Shown piece by piece: positions 26,369 to 38,486 of a stretch of 64,000 bases of DNA. The position numbers and the translations under genes are program-made. The notes under the pieces are model-generated. The model was given only the letters and a program-made list of their open reading frames with translations, was not told where the DNA came from and did no database searches. Positions within the stretch are counted from its first letter, which is position 1. Every line of letters begins with the position of its first letter. Where the stretch lies: the NCBI GenBank assembly GCA_964016885.1, contig OZ024740.1:98952001-99016000 (forward strand), in the 5' to 3' direction. The stretch comes from Eledone cirrhosa. Taxonomy: Eukaryota.

Positions 26369-26487
26369 GTTCCGATGAGCTGCTCTATATCTACCTATGT
26401 TAAATATGTTCAACTAAACCAGATCAATAATGATATATAATCATTTGATCCAGAAATATTATATGGAGTAGCGAAACAATTGTAAAC
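26369..26487 (+). ncRNA. Hammerhead ribozyme with long stem-II insert (core CCGATGA)
   Basis: GTT-CCGATGA-[GCTGCTCTATAT...ATATGGAGTAGC]-GAAA-CAATTG-TA-AAC. Confidence 0.6.
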
Positions 26488-26826
26488 GGACACTATTATT
26501 ATTAATATTATTATTATTATTCTCTACACTCCTTACATGAAACTAAAATATGTTGACAATCTTTTAATGTCTTCCTTGTGAAATCTGTGGTCTTGTTTTG
26601 CTTAACAAATGAATATATATTATATATATATTATATATATATTATCTATATATATATATATTATATATTTATATTATATATATAAATATTATATATAAAT
26701 ATTATATATAAATATTTATATAATTATATATAAATATTTGCTCTAGAGTTCTTATATATTTGATATATATTTATCCTTATCGAGCCCTCTTTGGATTTTA
26801 GTCTTGAAATTTATTATTATTACTAT

Positions 26827-26857
<31 letters not shown>

Positions 26858-26887
26858 TTATATATATATTATATATATGTATATATA

Positions 26888-26918
<31 letters not shown>

Positions 26919-27116
26919 ATATTATATATATATATATATTATATATATATGTATATATAATATATATATATATATTATATATATATTATATATATATATG
27001 TATATAAAATATATATGACAGTCGATAGACTTTCGTCAAATCGGACCAAGGGAACAATGTTTCCGTTGGTCTTTCCAGTTGCTAGTACTATCTATCGGTC
27101 GCAACTCCAGATAGAA

Positions 27117-27229
27117 GGAGCAACGTGAAATAAAGTGTCTTGCTCAAGGACATAACGCATCGCCCGGTCCAGGAATCGAACTCACAACCTCACGATTGCG
27201 GATCCAATTCTCTAACCACTCAGCCACAC
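27117..27229 (-). mobile_element. tRNA-derived SINE head with CORE-like segment
   Basis: TGGCTGAGTGGTTAG (A-box), GAGTTCGATTCC (B-box), then tgtccttgagcaagacact. Confidence 0.75.
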
Positions 27230-27414
27230 AAAATATATATATATATATTATATATATATATGTATATATAATATATATATATTATATATATATATATTAT
27301 ATGTATATATTATAAATTATATATATTATATATTATATATATATATATTATATATTATATATATTATATATTATATATATTATATATTATATATATATTA
27401 TATATTATATATTA

Positions 27415-30400
27415 CGTCTCAAATTGATGTCATTCTTGCGGCCCGGAAAACGATAATCACATTTGAGGATGAATTGTGGACCCGCAAGAATACGCCCAAT
27501 AACTTCGACATTACAATGGGATCTAGTGACTCTGCACAAGTAACGGACCTGGTAGGATTGTACCTCTTAAAGGAGTTACATGAGACATTACCGCACTTGA
27601 AGGGCGCCCTCCTCACTCGAGTATAAAAAGTGCAATATAGAAAGAATTAGGAAACAGTTACGTAGGTTCTTTAAAAACTTTAATCTAAGTATTACCATAG
27701 ATGCAAATGATAAAACAGTAAACTTCCTAGACGCCACCCTTGACCTAGAAAGTAAAACATTTGCACCCTACCATAAACCTAACGATAGACTAACATATGT
27801 AAACGCCAGCTCTAACCACCCCAAATCAGTCCTAAACGCTATTCCCAAGCTGGTCTCTAATAGAATTAGCAGACTGTCCTGTAATGAGAGTATCTTCAAC
27901 TCCAATGCAGAGTATTATGACAGGGCCCTAGCAAAATCTGGTTACGGGAGTAGATTATCATATATACATAAGGACTCCCAAACCATGAGTGTGAAACCTA
28001 CCAACATAATCACACATAGTATGGCCACAAAGCCTAACCAACTTAGAGGCAAGAATAATAGTAAGAACCCTAATGGCGGTAACCCAGCTAAATGTAAACC
28101 ACGTAAAGACAATACTAGAGTCCCTCACCACAACTCTAAAAGAGTAAATGATCACGCCATGAATATAAACCATCTGGGCTTAAGTAAAACAGACAAAGCC
28201 ACTAACGTTAATAACGGAACCCTACAAAATAGTACGCACAGTAGCGAGACTCACCCAACAGATAAGAAAAATAGAAGAAGGAAAAACATGTATTTTAACC
28301 CACCTTTTAACTTTGAGGTTCTCACTAACCTCCCCAGAGTGTTCTTCTCATTATTGGCAAAAAAACTTCCCACCAGGCAATAGATATCGCAACATAATTA
28401 ACAAAAACGTAATTAAATTATCCTATTCGATCACACCTAACCTCGCATCACACCTAGCACGCACGAACATTAGGAAAACTAGGGAAGGTTTCGAAGCAAT
28501 TAAAATGGCAGTTAACCACCAACAACCGACTACACCAGAAAATGGGCAACATAATAGCATCAATGAGCCATCTAATGATATAGAGGCACCTAGTGATAAT
28601 GCTAGTAACCAAACTTCGGGAGGTACGCTAACTAATCTAACCCGCAGTTGCAATTGTAGGCGGAGTAGTAATTGTCCCCTAAGAGGGGATTGCCTCATGA
28701 AAAACATCGTATATGTATGTGACGTAACCACACACAACTCTACCAAAACATATATAGGAGCAACGTCCAATACATTTAAAACTGGATTTAACGCGCATAT
28801 GTAAACATTTAGACACGATAGACATAAGAATGCCACCTCACTGGCGGTATACATCTCCTTTTTAAAAAATAATAGTACCCCATACAAACTTTTTTGGAGG
28901 AAGCTTACTAGATCCACGCCATACCGACCGCAGAGCGGAAGTTGTGACCTGTGTTTACTGGAATGCCATGCCATAATACACTCTAAACTGAACCTGCTTA
29001 ACAGGAAATCGGAAATGTTCTCCTCTTGCCAACACAAAATCCTGAGTTCCTTCTATTTTAAACCTAGCACATAGACGTAACATATATCACGCAACCCCCA
29101 CCTAGACTATAGCTCCCCCCAACCCGTAACCCAGATAGATAGGTACCCTAAGGGTGGTACAGTCCCCTACAAGGTTGGTGTTTTTGCGTGTGTGTGTATG
29201 TGTGTGTGTGTGTGTGTATTCTCCTTTTCTCTCTCTCACACACACACACAGATATATGTATGTGTGTGTGTGCGTGCGTGTGTGCATGCACGCATGCATG
29301 TGTGCGTGCGTTGTATGCATGTATATTGTATATATATGTGAATATTGTATGCATGCGTATTATATTGTGTGTATGTGTATATGTGACATGTATGTGAATA
29401 TATGTATGTATGCGTATGTGTGTGTATGTGATGTGTGAGTGTATGATGTGTGTATATATGTGTATATGTATGTATACTTTTCTGTAGAAATCCTCTCTAT
29501 ATGTGGTGTGTGGCACGAATTCCTCCTATAATACTCTTCTTTGAGAGGAGCACGATATGCAGAGTAACACATATGTATTGTCGAAGTTGAAACTTAGAAC
29601 CACCACCCCTCCTGCTGACCCAAATGTTTACTGAGGACCAGAACACCATTCTCCGCAATATAAGAGAGAAATGCGCTTGCCGGACTATTGATGACCATAA
29701 CATCACATTCCAAGGTAATGGCAAAACGCAGTAAATGCTATGCACGACCAGAACACCACAACATGCACATCTGAGCAACACAGATATGATATCAATAGGC
29801 GAATGAACTGAATTTTTTGAGTTGAAATACATATGGATATGTGTCTGTGTATCGGACACACGTACACATAAGAAAGCTGCTGACCTAAATGTACCTGTCA
29901 TGCCTGTCTGAATTCCTAAGGGAATTTTCGGCCAGTTGCTGTCTTGACCGATTGTAGTACAAGTGGGTGAATCAATTGAGTTTTTTTAGTTGAAATACAT
30001 ATAAATGTGTGTCTGTGTGTGTCGGACACACGTACACATAAAGAAGCTGCTGACCTAAATGTGCCTGTCATGCCTGTCTGAATTCCTAAGAGAATTTTCG
30101 GTCAGTTGCTGAGTTGACCGATTAACCCCACAATTACTACGTAGCAGTTATTGCACGTGACTGCTGGACCCGGCTGAAACGAAGACGAAGAATTTCCTTG
30201 CGTACCGTTTTGTACCACAGATGCGATCTAACCCTGCCTCGTTAATGTTCTATCGACACCAAAGTTCAACGTTCGGGCTAATAGAATCGAATCCAACCAC
30301 CAACAACATAGCTGGATGACCGATAATCACACCAAACCGGAGTACTGTAATCCTTGTGATTTCGAGATATACAACCACTGACACTGTTACGAAGACCAGT

Positions 30401-31435
30401 AAATCATACTCCATAACATTGAACCAAGTGATTGATTTGTGCGACCAAAATAACACCACACACATATTGAACTAGGAATATTGGATCCTCCGTCAATGTC
30501 CGGGTGAGCAAAAATAGATTTCCATCTGCATTGGAATTTACGAACTTGTGCATCTGCTGTGGTGTCAAAAACAAAGGCGCATGACCGCACAGATAAACAA
30601 TGGACTATGCCACGTGGCTTGAACCTGTAAGTGAATTGAAGGTTCTGTAACTCTGATACACAGATTATTTATTATTAAGATGTATAAACTTGACATAACT
30701 ATTATCATCTTATATTCTCCCAACTAATCACATTTGATCATATTTCTCTATCCCGTTTTCTCCCCCCATAATTATATTTTTTTTTTATTTGAAAAAATCG
30801 AAAAAAATCGTTTTTTTTTTTACATTGTGTTTTCCCCTCCAAATATTCGCTTATATTTCTTTATATATTCTCTATATATTTTTTTACATATATATTTTTT
30901 TATCTTTATTATTTTTTTATCTTTATTATTTCCAATTTTATCCTCCTTTATATTTTACCTTATTCTTACTTTTATACCTTATTATAGTGTAATCTTCCCT
31001 ATGCCTTATTATACATTATTAATTATAGATTATTATTATTACACTTTTTCCATTTCTAATTACCTCATGTACTTTCTCCTCCGTTATATATATATATATT
31101 GTATGCCCTTTGTGTTTGTGTAGCCTCTGCACCATACTATCGACGCCACACCATCTATGGTTCAGTTAACCACTCGACTCCCGGAAATGAATATGACCGC
31201 AGCTAGTAAACAAGGACCCACACCCCACCCTCCCGCACCAAAATTAGACTTATCGTCCCCTACTTTTGCTCTTTACTCTCTTTACTCTTTGTTCTTGAAT
31301 GTTTAGTTGGTAGAGTCCATAACACCAATCAAACCCCTTTTATAGCTCTGACGAACTCTACGGTTACGTAAGGAAGAAACATTGTAAGCCAATAAAAATC
31401 TTTTGATGTTGTAGACGCTCTTGTGTTCTTTATCA
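27415..31435 (+). mobile_element. Penelope-like element: degenerate RT 3' half + GIY-YIG (to ~29080), long 3' region ending in HHR and AATAAA
   Basis: FDITMGS, VNFLD, YFNPPF, CNC...CPL.G.C..KNIVY, YIGAT, CDLCLLE, LLNRKSE; assigning the 3' region to this element is inference. Confidence 0.75.
31345..31389 (+). ncRNA. Hammerhead ribozyme motif (weak stem II)
   Basis: GCT-CTGACGA-...-GAAA-CATTG-TA-AGC followed by AATAAA. Confidence 0.55.
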
Positions 31436-31847
31436 TATATATATATTATATATATATTATATATATTATATATTATATATATATATATTATATATATATA
31501 TTATATATATATTATATATATATATATGTTATATATATATTATATATATATATATAAAAACAAATAACGAAACGAAATAAAAATTCGTTTCGTTTGTAAC
31601 TCACTTTTGTATGACTGACGCTTAAACAATTAAGTTAAAAATGTACATCTACATATGCATACTGAAATACTAGTATGCATATGAATACACACACGTATAC
31701 ATATGTAGATGTACCAATCTTTCACTGGTTACTTTACTGTGAGTATCCAGCTATTCTGTATGGAAACACACAGACAAACCGGTTTTTAGAGTCATACTGG
31801 TTTTTGAGGAAACACCTTTCCTCTATTCTCCAGAAAGCCAGACAAGG

Positions 31848-31892
31848 AATATTGAACTAGTTTCGTTGTTGTTACAACTCATCAGCAATATT
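31848..31892 (-). ncRNA. Type I hammerhead ribozyme, unit 1
   Basis: AATATTG-CTGATGA-GTTGT aaca ACAAC-GAAA-CTAG-TT-CAATATT. Confidence 0.88.
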
Positions 31893-32312
31893 TACCTATC
31901 TACCGGCCTTTCTGGAGAATCGTAAAAGCACATATCGTTATATGCTTTTTCTATGAAAATTAGTAGTGGGCAGACTAATTTGCATAGAGTGTGAGTACGT
32001 ACCGGTTCAACGGAGACGATAAAAACAAATAACGAAACGAAATTAAATTTCGTTTCGTTTGTAACTCACTTTTGTATGACTGACGCTTAAACAATTAAGT
32101 TAAAAATGTACATCTACATATGCATACTGAAATACTAGTATGCATATGAATACACACACGTATACATATGTAGATGTACCAATCTTTCACTGGTTACTTT
32201 ACTGTGAGTATCCAGCTATTCTGTATGTAAACACACAGACAAACCGGTTTTTAGAGTCATACTGGTTTTTGAGGAAACACCTTTCCTCTATTCTCCAGAA
32301 AGCCAGACAATG

Positions 32313-32357
32313 AATATTGAACTAGTTTCGTTGTTGTTACAACTCATCAGCAATATT
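32313..32357 (-). ncRNA. Type I hammerhead ribozyme, unit 2
   Basis: Identical motif 465 bp from unit 1. Confidence 0.88.
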
Positions 32358-32778
32358 TACCTATCTACCGGCCTTTCTGGAGAATCGTAAAAGCACATAT
32401 CTTTATATGCTTTTTCTATGAAAATTAGTAGTGGGCAGACTAATTTGCATAGAGTGTGAGTACGTACCGGTTCAACGGAGACGATAAAAACAAATAACGA
32501 AACGAAATTAAATTTCGTTTCGTTTGTAACTCACTTTTGTATGACTGACGCTTAAACAATTAAGTTAAAAATGTACATCTACATATGCATACTGAAATAC
32601 TAGTATGCATATGAATACACACACGTACACATATGTAGATGTACCAAGTCTTTCACTGGTTACTTTACTGTGAGTATCCAGCTATTCTGTATGTAAACAC
32701 ACAGACAAACCGGTTTTTAGAGTCATACTGGTTTTTGAGGAAACACCTTTCCTCTATTCTCCAGAAAGCCAGACAAGG

Positions 32779-32823
32779 AATATTGAACTAGTTTCGTTGT
32801 TGTTACAACGCATCAGCAATATT
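32779..32823 (-). ncRNA. Hammerhead ribozyme, unit 3, core mutant (CTGATGC)
   Basis: A9 to C substitution, otherwise identical. Confidence 0.65.
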
Positions 32824-32928
32824 TACTCACACTCTATGCAAATTAGTCTGTCCACTACTAATTTTCATAGAAAAAGCATATAACGATATGTGCTTTTACG
32901 ATTCTCCAGAAAGGCCGGTAGATAGGTA

Positions 32929-32973
32929 AATATTGCTGATGAGTTGTAACAACAACGAAACTAGTTCAATATT
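32929..32973 (+). ncRNA. Type I hammerhead ribozyme, inverted unit
   Basis: AATATTG-CTGATGA-GTTGT aaca ACAAC-GAAA-CTAG-TT-CAATATT. Confidence 0.88.
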
Positions 32974-33229
32974 CCTTGTCTGGCTTTCTGGAGAATAGAG
33001 GAAAGGTGTTTCCTCAAAAACCAGTATGACTCTAAAAACCGGTTTGTCTGTGTGTTTACATACAGAATAGCTGGATACTCACAGTAAAGTAACCAGTGAA
33101 AGACTTGGTACATCTACATACGTATACGTGTGTGTATTCATATGCATACTAGTATTTCAGTATGCATATGTAGATGTACATTTTTAACTTAATATATATA
33201 TATATTATATATATATATATATATTATAT

Positions 33230-33297
<68 letters not shown>

Positions 33298-33462
33298 TGT
33301 AAATGTGGTTGGTATTAGGAAGGGCATCCCGCCGTAGAAAACCTGCCAGATAGTCCTATATCAACGAGACACGGTCACTCGACCAACCTTGCCTCAAGTG
33401 GGACAACTCCCGTCTAACCCATGCTAGCATGGAAAATGAATGTTAAACGATGATGATGATGA
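33298..33462 (+). mobile_element. RTE-related SINE 3' part
   Basis: ctgtaaatgtggttggtattaggaagggcatcc...gttaaacgatgatgatg. Confidence 0.7.
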
Positions 33463-33676
33463 TATATATGGGATAACAAGTTTTCGTTAAAGGTCGTGTG
33501 AAAAAACTTCGAGTGATTAGTGGCGTGTAGACTCACCGGATCAAACAATTGTTAATACCTGAGATAAAACACATCTTGTACAGCCGACCATGTTATCCTT
33601 CAATCTTTCACTATATATATACATACATATAGTTGATGATGATGATGATGATATATATATATATATATATATATAT

Positions 33677-34212
33677 CATCGTCATCATCATCATCATCAT
33701 TTTACGTCTGCTTTTCCAACCTTGCACTCGTGGGACGGGTCCTATTAAGTATCTCTCAACTTGTCACGGTCCTTCTTCATCTCCACCGTGAGCTTCAGCA
33801 ATCTGAGGTCTCCTCTCACCACCTCCGCCCATGCTTTTCGTGGTCTTCCTTCAACTGGTATTTATTGGCACTTTGTCAACCATCGGTCATCCTCCATGCG
33901 CATCACATGTCCATACCATCGCAGCCTTCTCGCCAACACACTATAATGTATCCCCCTCAGACACATTTTCAATCTAAACACATCCTTTCTCGGCCGTTAA
34001 CGCACATTGATATTGCACATCCAGCGGAGCATGCTTGCCTCATTTCTCTCCAGCCGTCGCATATCCTCTGCAGTTGCTGCCCACGTCTCACTACCATGCA
34101 GCATCACGCACCTCACACAGGCATCATATAACCAGCCTTTCTTACACAGGGAGAAACCCTTCTTCGTCAGCAGAGGAAGCAGCTCTCTAAACTACTTCCA
34201 ACCCATCCTTAT
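33677..34212 (-). mobile_element. RTE family A-like 3' fragment
   Basis: Reverse-complement homology to 6120-6672, including the (ATG)n tail. Confidence 0.8.
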
Positions 34213-34322
34213 TCAAATCAGCAATAAATATTTATATCTTTATTTATTATTTGTCGTTTTCCCAACTATTTGAATACCCCTTCCACTTTTTTATTCTTAT
34301 ATTTATATATATATATTTCTGC

Positions 34323-34380
<58 letters not shown>

Positions 34381-35308
34381 GCATAAATATATATATATAT
34401 ATATCTATATATATATATATATATATGAAAACAGGGAGAAAGAGACGATTATGAGGAAGAAAAAATTTTTTTTTCTTCCGTTTTTTTTCTCTCTCTCTCT
34501 CTTTTTTCTGGGTTAGAAAATGATTAAAACGAAATGTTTGACTTTGTGTGAAGTGTTAAGGTATTAGTTGATTTATCTATTATTTAAGAATGGCATTTAT
34601 TTATCTATTTATATATTTAATTATTGTCTATTACCGGTTTTTGCATTTATATGCATTATCAAATGATAGTGAAATGTATTAGTGTGGTGTCGCACATGTT
34701 AAACAGAAGGTGCAGAAAGAATAATGTTATATACAAACAAGGTTTAAGAAGTGAAAAGAAAAAAGAAAAAAGAAAAACGAAAAAAGAAAAAAAAAAAAGA
34801 AAAAAAAAACGTGCATAAAGTGGAACGTAAAAAGTCAATGTGGAAGAAAAGTTAATGTTATTTACAAGCACAGTCATTGAAGTTAAGCAGTTCAAAATGT
34901 GTTAATATCGCAAGGGTGCTTAGTTGAACCATGGTTCCGTGAAGGAGGCAAATGGTGGACTGTGCTTTGATATGATTTCCCTTTTTAGAGAGTTAATATG
35001 CAGGGGGAAGCAATTCTTGCTGGGTGATATTTAATTTATTTAAGAAAAAGGATGAATTTCCTGTTATTAAGAGATGTGTACTATTGTGGTATTAATATTT
35101 TTTATTTGGTAAGTTGTAAGTGCATTATTGTCATATGTTTTTTCGTTCGTTTGAATAGGGTTTGTGTTGTTATTCAGGTGTGTTTTTATTGTTTCACATA
35201 AGTTATTGATATTGTCGTTGATTTCATAGGATGTGTATTTGGGGATTGTTTCTTCACTTGTAGAGTTTAGTTTGTTGGTGAGTATTGACAAATTAGAGTT
35301 AATTTTTT

Positions 35309-35356
<48 letters not shown>

Positions 35357-35457
35357 ATATATATATTTTATATATATATATATATTTATTTTATATATAT
35401 ATATATATATGTGTATGTGTGTATGTGTTTATATGTATATATATATATATATGTGTG

Positions 35458-35529
<72 letters not shown>

Positions 35530-35945
35530 CGTGCGTGCGTATGTATGTGTCCATACTTATACGTATGTGTGTATGTATGTATATCTTTATCTATAGGTTT
35601 TTTTATATATAGTTTTTTTATATATATGTTTTTTTATATATAAGTAATTTTATATATATATGTGTGTGTGGGGTTATATGTATTTTTTCTCATGTATATG
35701 TGTACGTGAATGTATTTATATGTTTTTTATATATATGTGTGTGTATGTATATGTATATATGTATGTGAGTATATATATATGTGTATATGCATGTATATAC
35801 ATGTATGTATTTATGTGTGCGTGTATATATATTTGTATGTATACACTTTTCTGTGTATATGTTTGTACTGTATATAAATATGTGTGAGGTTTTTATGTGT
35901 ATGTGTATATATGTATGTGTATGTGTTTGTATGTATATATATATA

Positions 35946-35976
<31 letters not shown>

Positions 35977-36320
35977 TTATTTTATTTTGTATATTTGCTT
36001 ACCACGTGTGTTTGTTTATTTATTTTATTTGTGTCTTTCTCCCCTTCTGTATCGCTGTCAACTTTTTAATTTCTCATTTTTTTATTTTTATTTATTTATT
36101 TTTTTTTTTTTATTTGTATGTATTTGACTTCATTTTGATTTCATGTAGATGTATATTGTCTTAGCAGTGTATGTGACTGCCTAATTCAGTATATGTTTGT
36201 TCATTAATTTTTATTTATTCTTATAATTCTTATAATTATATGTGTGTGCGTGTGTATGTATATATCTATATATGTGGGTGCTTATGTATATGTGTATATA
36301 TGTGTATGTATGTGTGTGTA

Positions 36321-36350
<30 letters not shown>

Positions 36351-36352
<2 letters not shown>

Positions 36353-36457
36353 AATATATAAGATCAAAAGATGGTTAAAAGAGTTCCATGTATTTTATTA
36401 TGCGCATTTCAAAAATACATGGAACTCTTTTAACCATCTTTTGATCTTATATATTAT
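36351..36457. repeat. Perfect 46-bp-arm hairpin with 15-nt loop
   Basis: ataatatataagatcaaaagatggttaaaagagttccatgtatttt / reverse complement. Confidence 0.85.
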
Positions 36458-36550
36458 GTATACTCCAGTCCTACAAACTGTTGAGTGCTTCTTATCCGAT
36501 ATCTGCATTGCTTTATTGTACTACAATAAAACTCACCTCCTACATATATG

Positions 36551-36629
<79 letters not shown>

Positions 36630-36772
36630 GTGTGTGTGTGTGCGCGTGTGTGTTTATATACTTTTATATTTATCATTCTTTTCTCCTTTTCTTCTTCTTC
36701 CTCCAGCCTCACTTTCATATTTATTATATTTTTGTTTTTCAAATCCACTTTCAATAAATACACCAGGATTTT

Positions 36773-36830
36773 TTCATTCTGATGACTGAAACCAAATTTG
36801 TTTGCTTTCAAGAAACCACTGGTAAATGAA
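36773..36830 (+). ncRNA. Type I hammerhead ribozyme in a low-complexity pLTR family
   Basis: TTCATT-CTGATGA-ctgaaac...ctttcaa-GAAA-CCACTGG-TA-AATGAA. Confidence 0.7.
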
Positions 36831-37034
36831 ATAATTATCTTATGTTGAATATTGTATAACTAATAAGCTCTGTAATCTACATAGAGCACTCTTTTTTCCT
36901 GGACCTTTCCGACGGAATTACTTCATATATATATATATATATATATACATAGAGAAAAGATGAAAGTGGAAATAGCACGGGGTACCGCATCAAAGGCCTT
37001 CTCTAGGTTAACAAAGTCTAAGTATAGTGGCTTA

Positions 37035-37987
37035 TTTTTTTTCAAAGAACCTCTCTTGCAATTGTCTCACCAAGAAGAGAGCATCTGTTGTACTCTTCCC
37101 AGGCACAAAACCAAACTGCATCTAATCTAGTTTGACCCTTTCTCTAATTAGTTGTGCTAATATACTTTCTGCCACTTTCGTAACCTGATCCATCACTTTT
37201 ATACCCCTATAATTGCTCCTCTCCAGAGCATCCCCTTTACCTTTGTAGCAATTTATGAGAATACTGCTGCACCAGTCTTAGGGTATGACACCACCATATA
37301 TAGCCTGATTGATGATGCATGCAACCAGTTTAGTGCCTACGTCCCCTGATGCCTTCAGCATCTCAGCAACTATTCCCGATGGTCCAGCAGCCTTACCATT
37401 TTTCATTTCCTTAATCGCCTCTTGGACCCTATATTCGTCAATCTCAATAGCTGGTCCCTATGTCAGATCCACTGAGGGTAATTTCTCTCTCTACCATTCG
37501 TTCTCCACATTCATCAGTCTCTCATAATGACATTTCCAGGCCTCCTTTTTTTGATCATTCGTGATACTAAGTACACTGGCATCATTCTGGACACATTTAT
37601 CTCCAACAACATCCTGATTTGCAATGTGGAACACCGCACGCCTCTGATCTTCCCGTCGCAGAACATTGGCAAACCTTCTACTCACAACCTCCCTGCGTGT
37701 TCAGTACACCTGACGTCTAGCTTCTCTCTTAGCGGCTGTATATTCTTCCCTACTGCCACCATTTTCCCAAGCCTACCATGCTAGTCTTTTGTCTCTAATG
37801 GCCTTATCTACTGTGCTGTTCCACCACCAGGTCACTCTGTCTGGTTGGAGCTCTGCTCCAGCCACAAGTTTCATCAGTAGCCTGCAGCACGTTTTCAGGT
37901 AAGAAATTCCAGTTATTATCTATGTCATACGTCTCTAAATCGTCTTCTTTTTCGTCATACACATCTTGAAGGGATTTCCTAAATTTG
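37035..37987 (-). mobile_element. RTE family A internal fragment
   Basis: Reverse complement of ~4410-5400. Confidence 0.85.
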
Positions 37988-38406
37988 TATATATATATAT
38001 GTATTATATATATATGTTTATATATACATAAATATGTATTATATATACATATATATATTATATATATGTATAGAATATTTAAGTATCGGAAGAGAGAGAG
38101 ATGGAGGGATAGGCGATACATGTAGTTATTTGCCAATAGCGTATGCAGAGGGTGCTCAATACTAGTGCCGGCAGTGTAAAATATTAGAAGTGTTAATATC
38201 TAGTGGGAGAGAGAACTAGCAGAGCAGAACCACGTGGAGAAGTAAATAAATGAGAATAAACCGTTAAAACATGTTTAATTAAATAAACATGTTTTAACGC
38301 TTTCTTCGCCTTTATTTACTTTTCCACCTGTATATATATTATATATATATTATATATATATATTATATATATATATATTATATATATTTTATATATATAT
38401 ATTATA

Positions 38407-38481
<75 letters not shown>

Positions 38482-38486
<5 letters not shown>

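Larger units (their letters stand above)
25852..26616. mobile_element. Fold-back pLTR-like element with ~120-bp inverted arms and a nested SINE
   Basis: Arms 25852-25970 and 26496-26616. Confidence 0.7.
31557..33192. repeat. 465-bp tandem array (~2.7 units) plus ~370-bp inverted unit, one HHR per unit (retrozyme-like)
   Basis: Unit anchors at 31561, 32026 and 32491; inversion junction near 32824. Confidence 0.92.

Noticed and set aside
29806-30122. ~165-bp direct duplication in the PLE 3' region
   Set aside because: Ordinary local duplication with no HHR or other structure seen
31951-31987. loxP/dif-like tyrosine recombinase site
   Set aside because: Spacer length differs between the two occurrences and no recombinase is encoded in the window; kept only as an unexplained dyad
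31557-33192. CRISPR-like or bacterial repeat interpretation of the array
   Set aside because: Units are 465 bp with no unique spacers, there are no cas genes, and the context is eukaryotic
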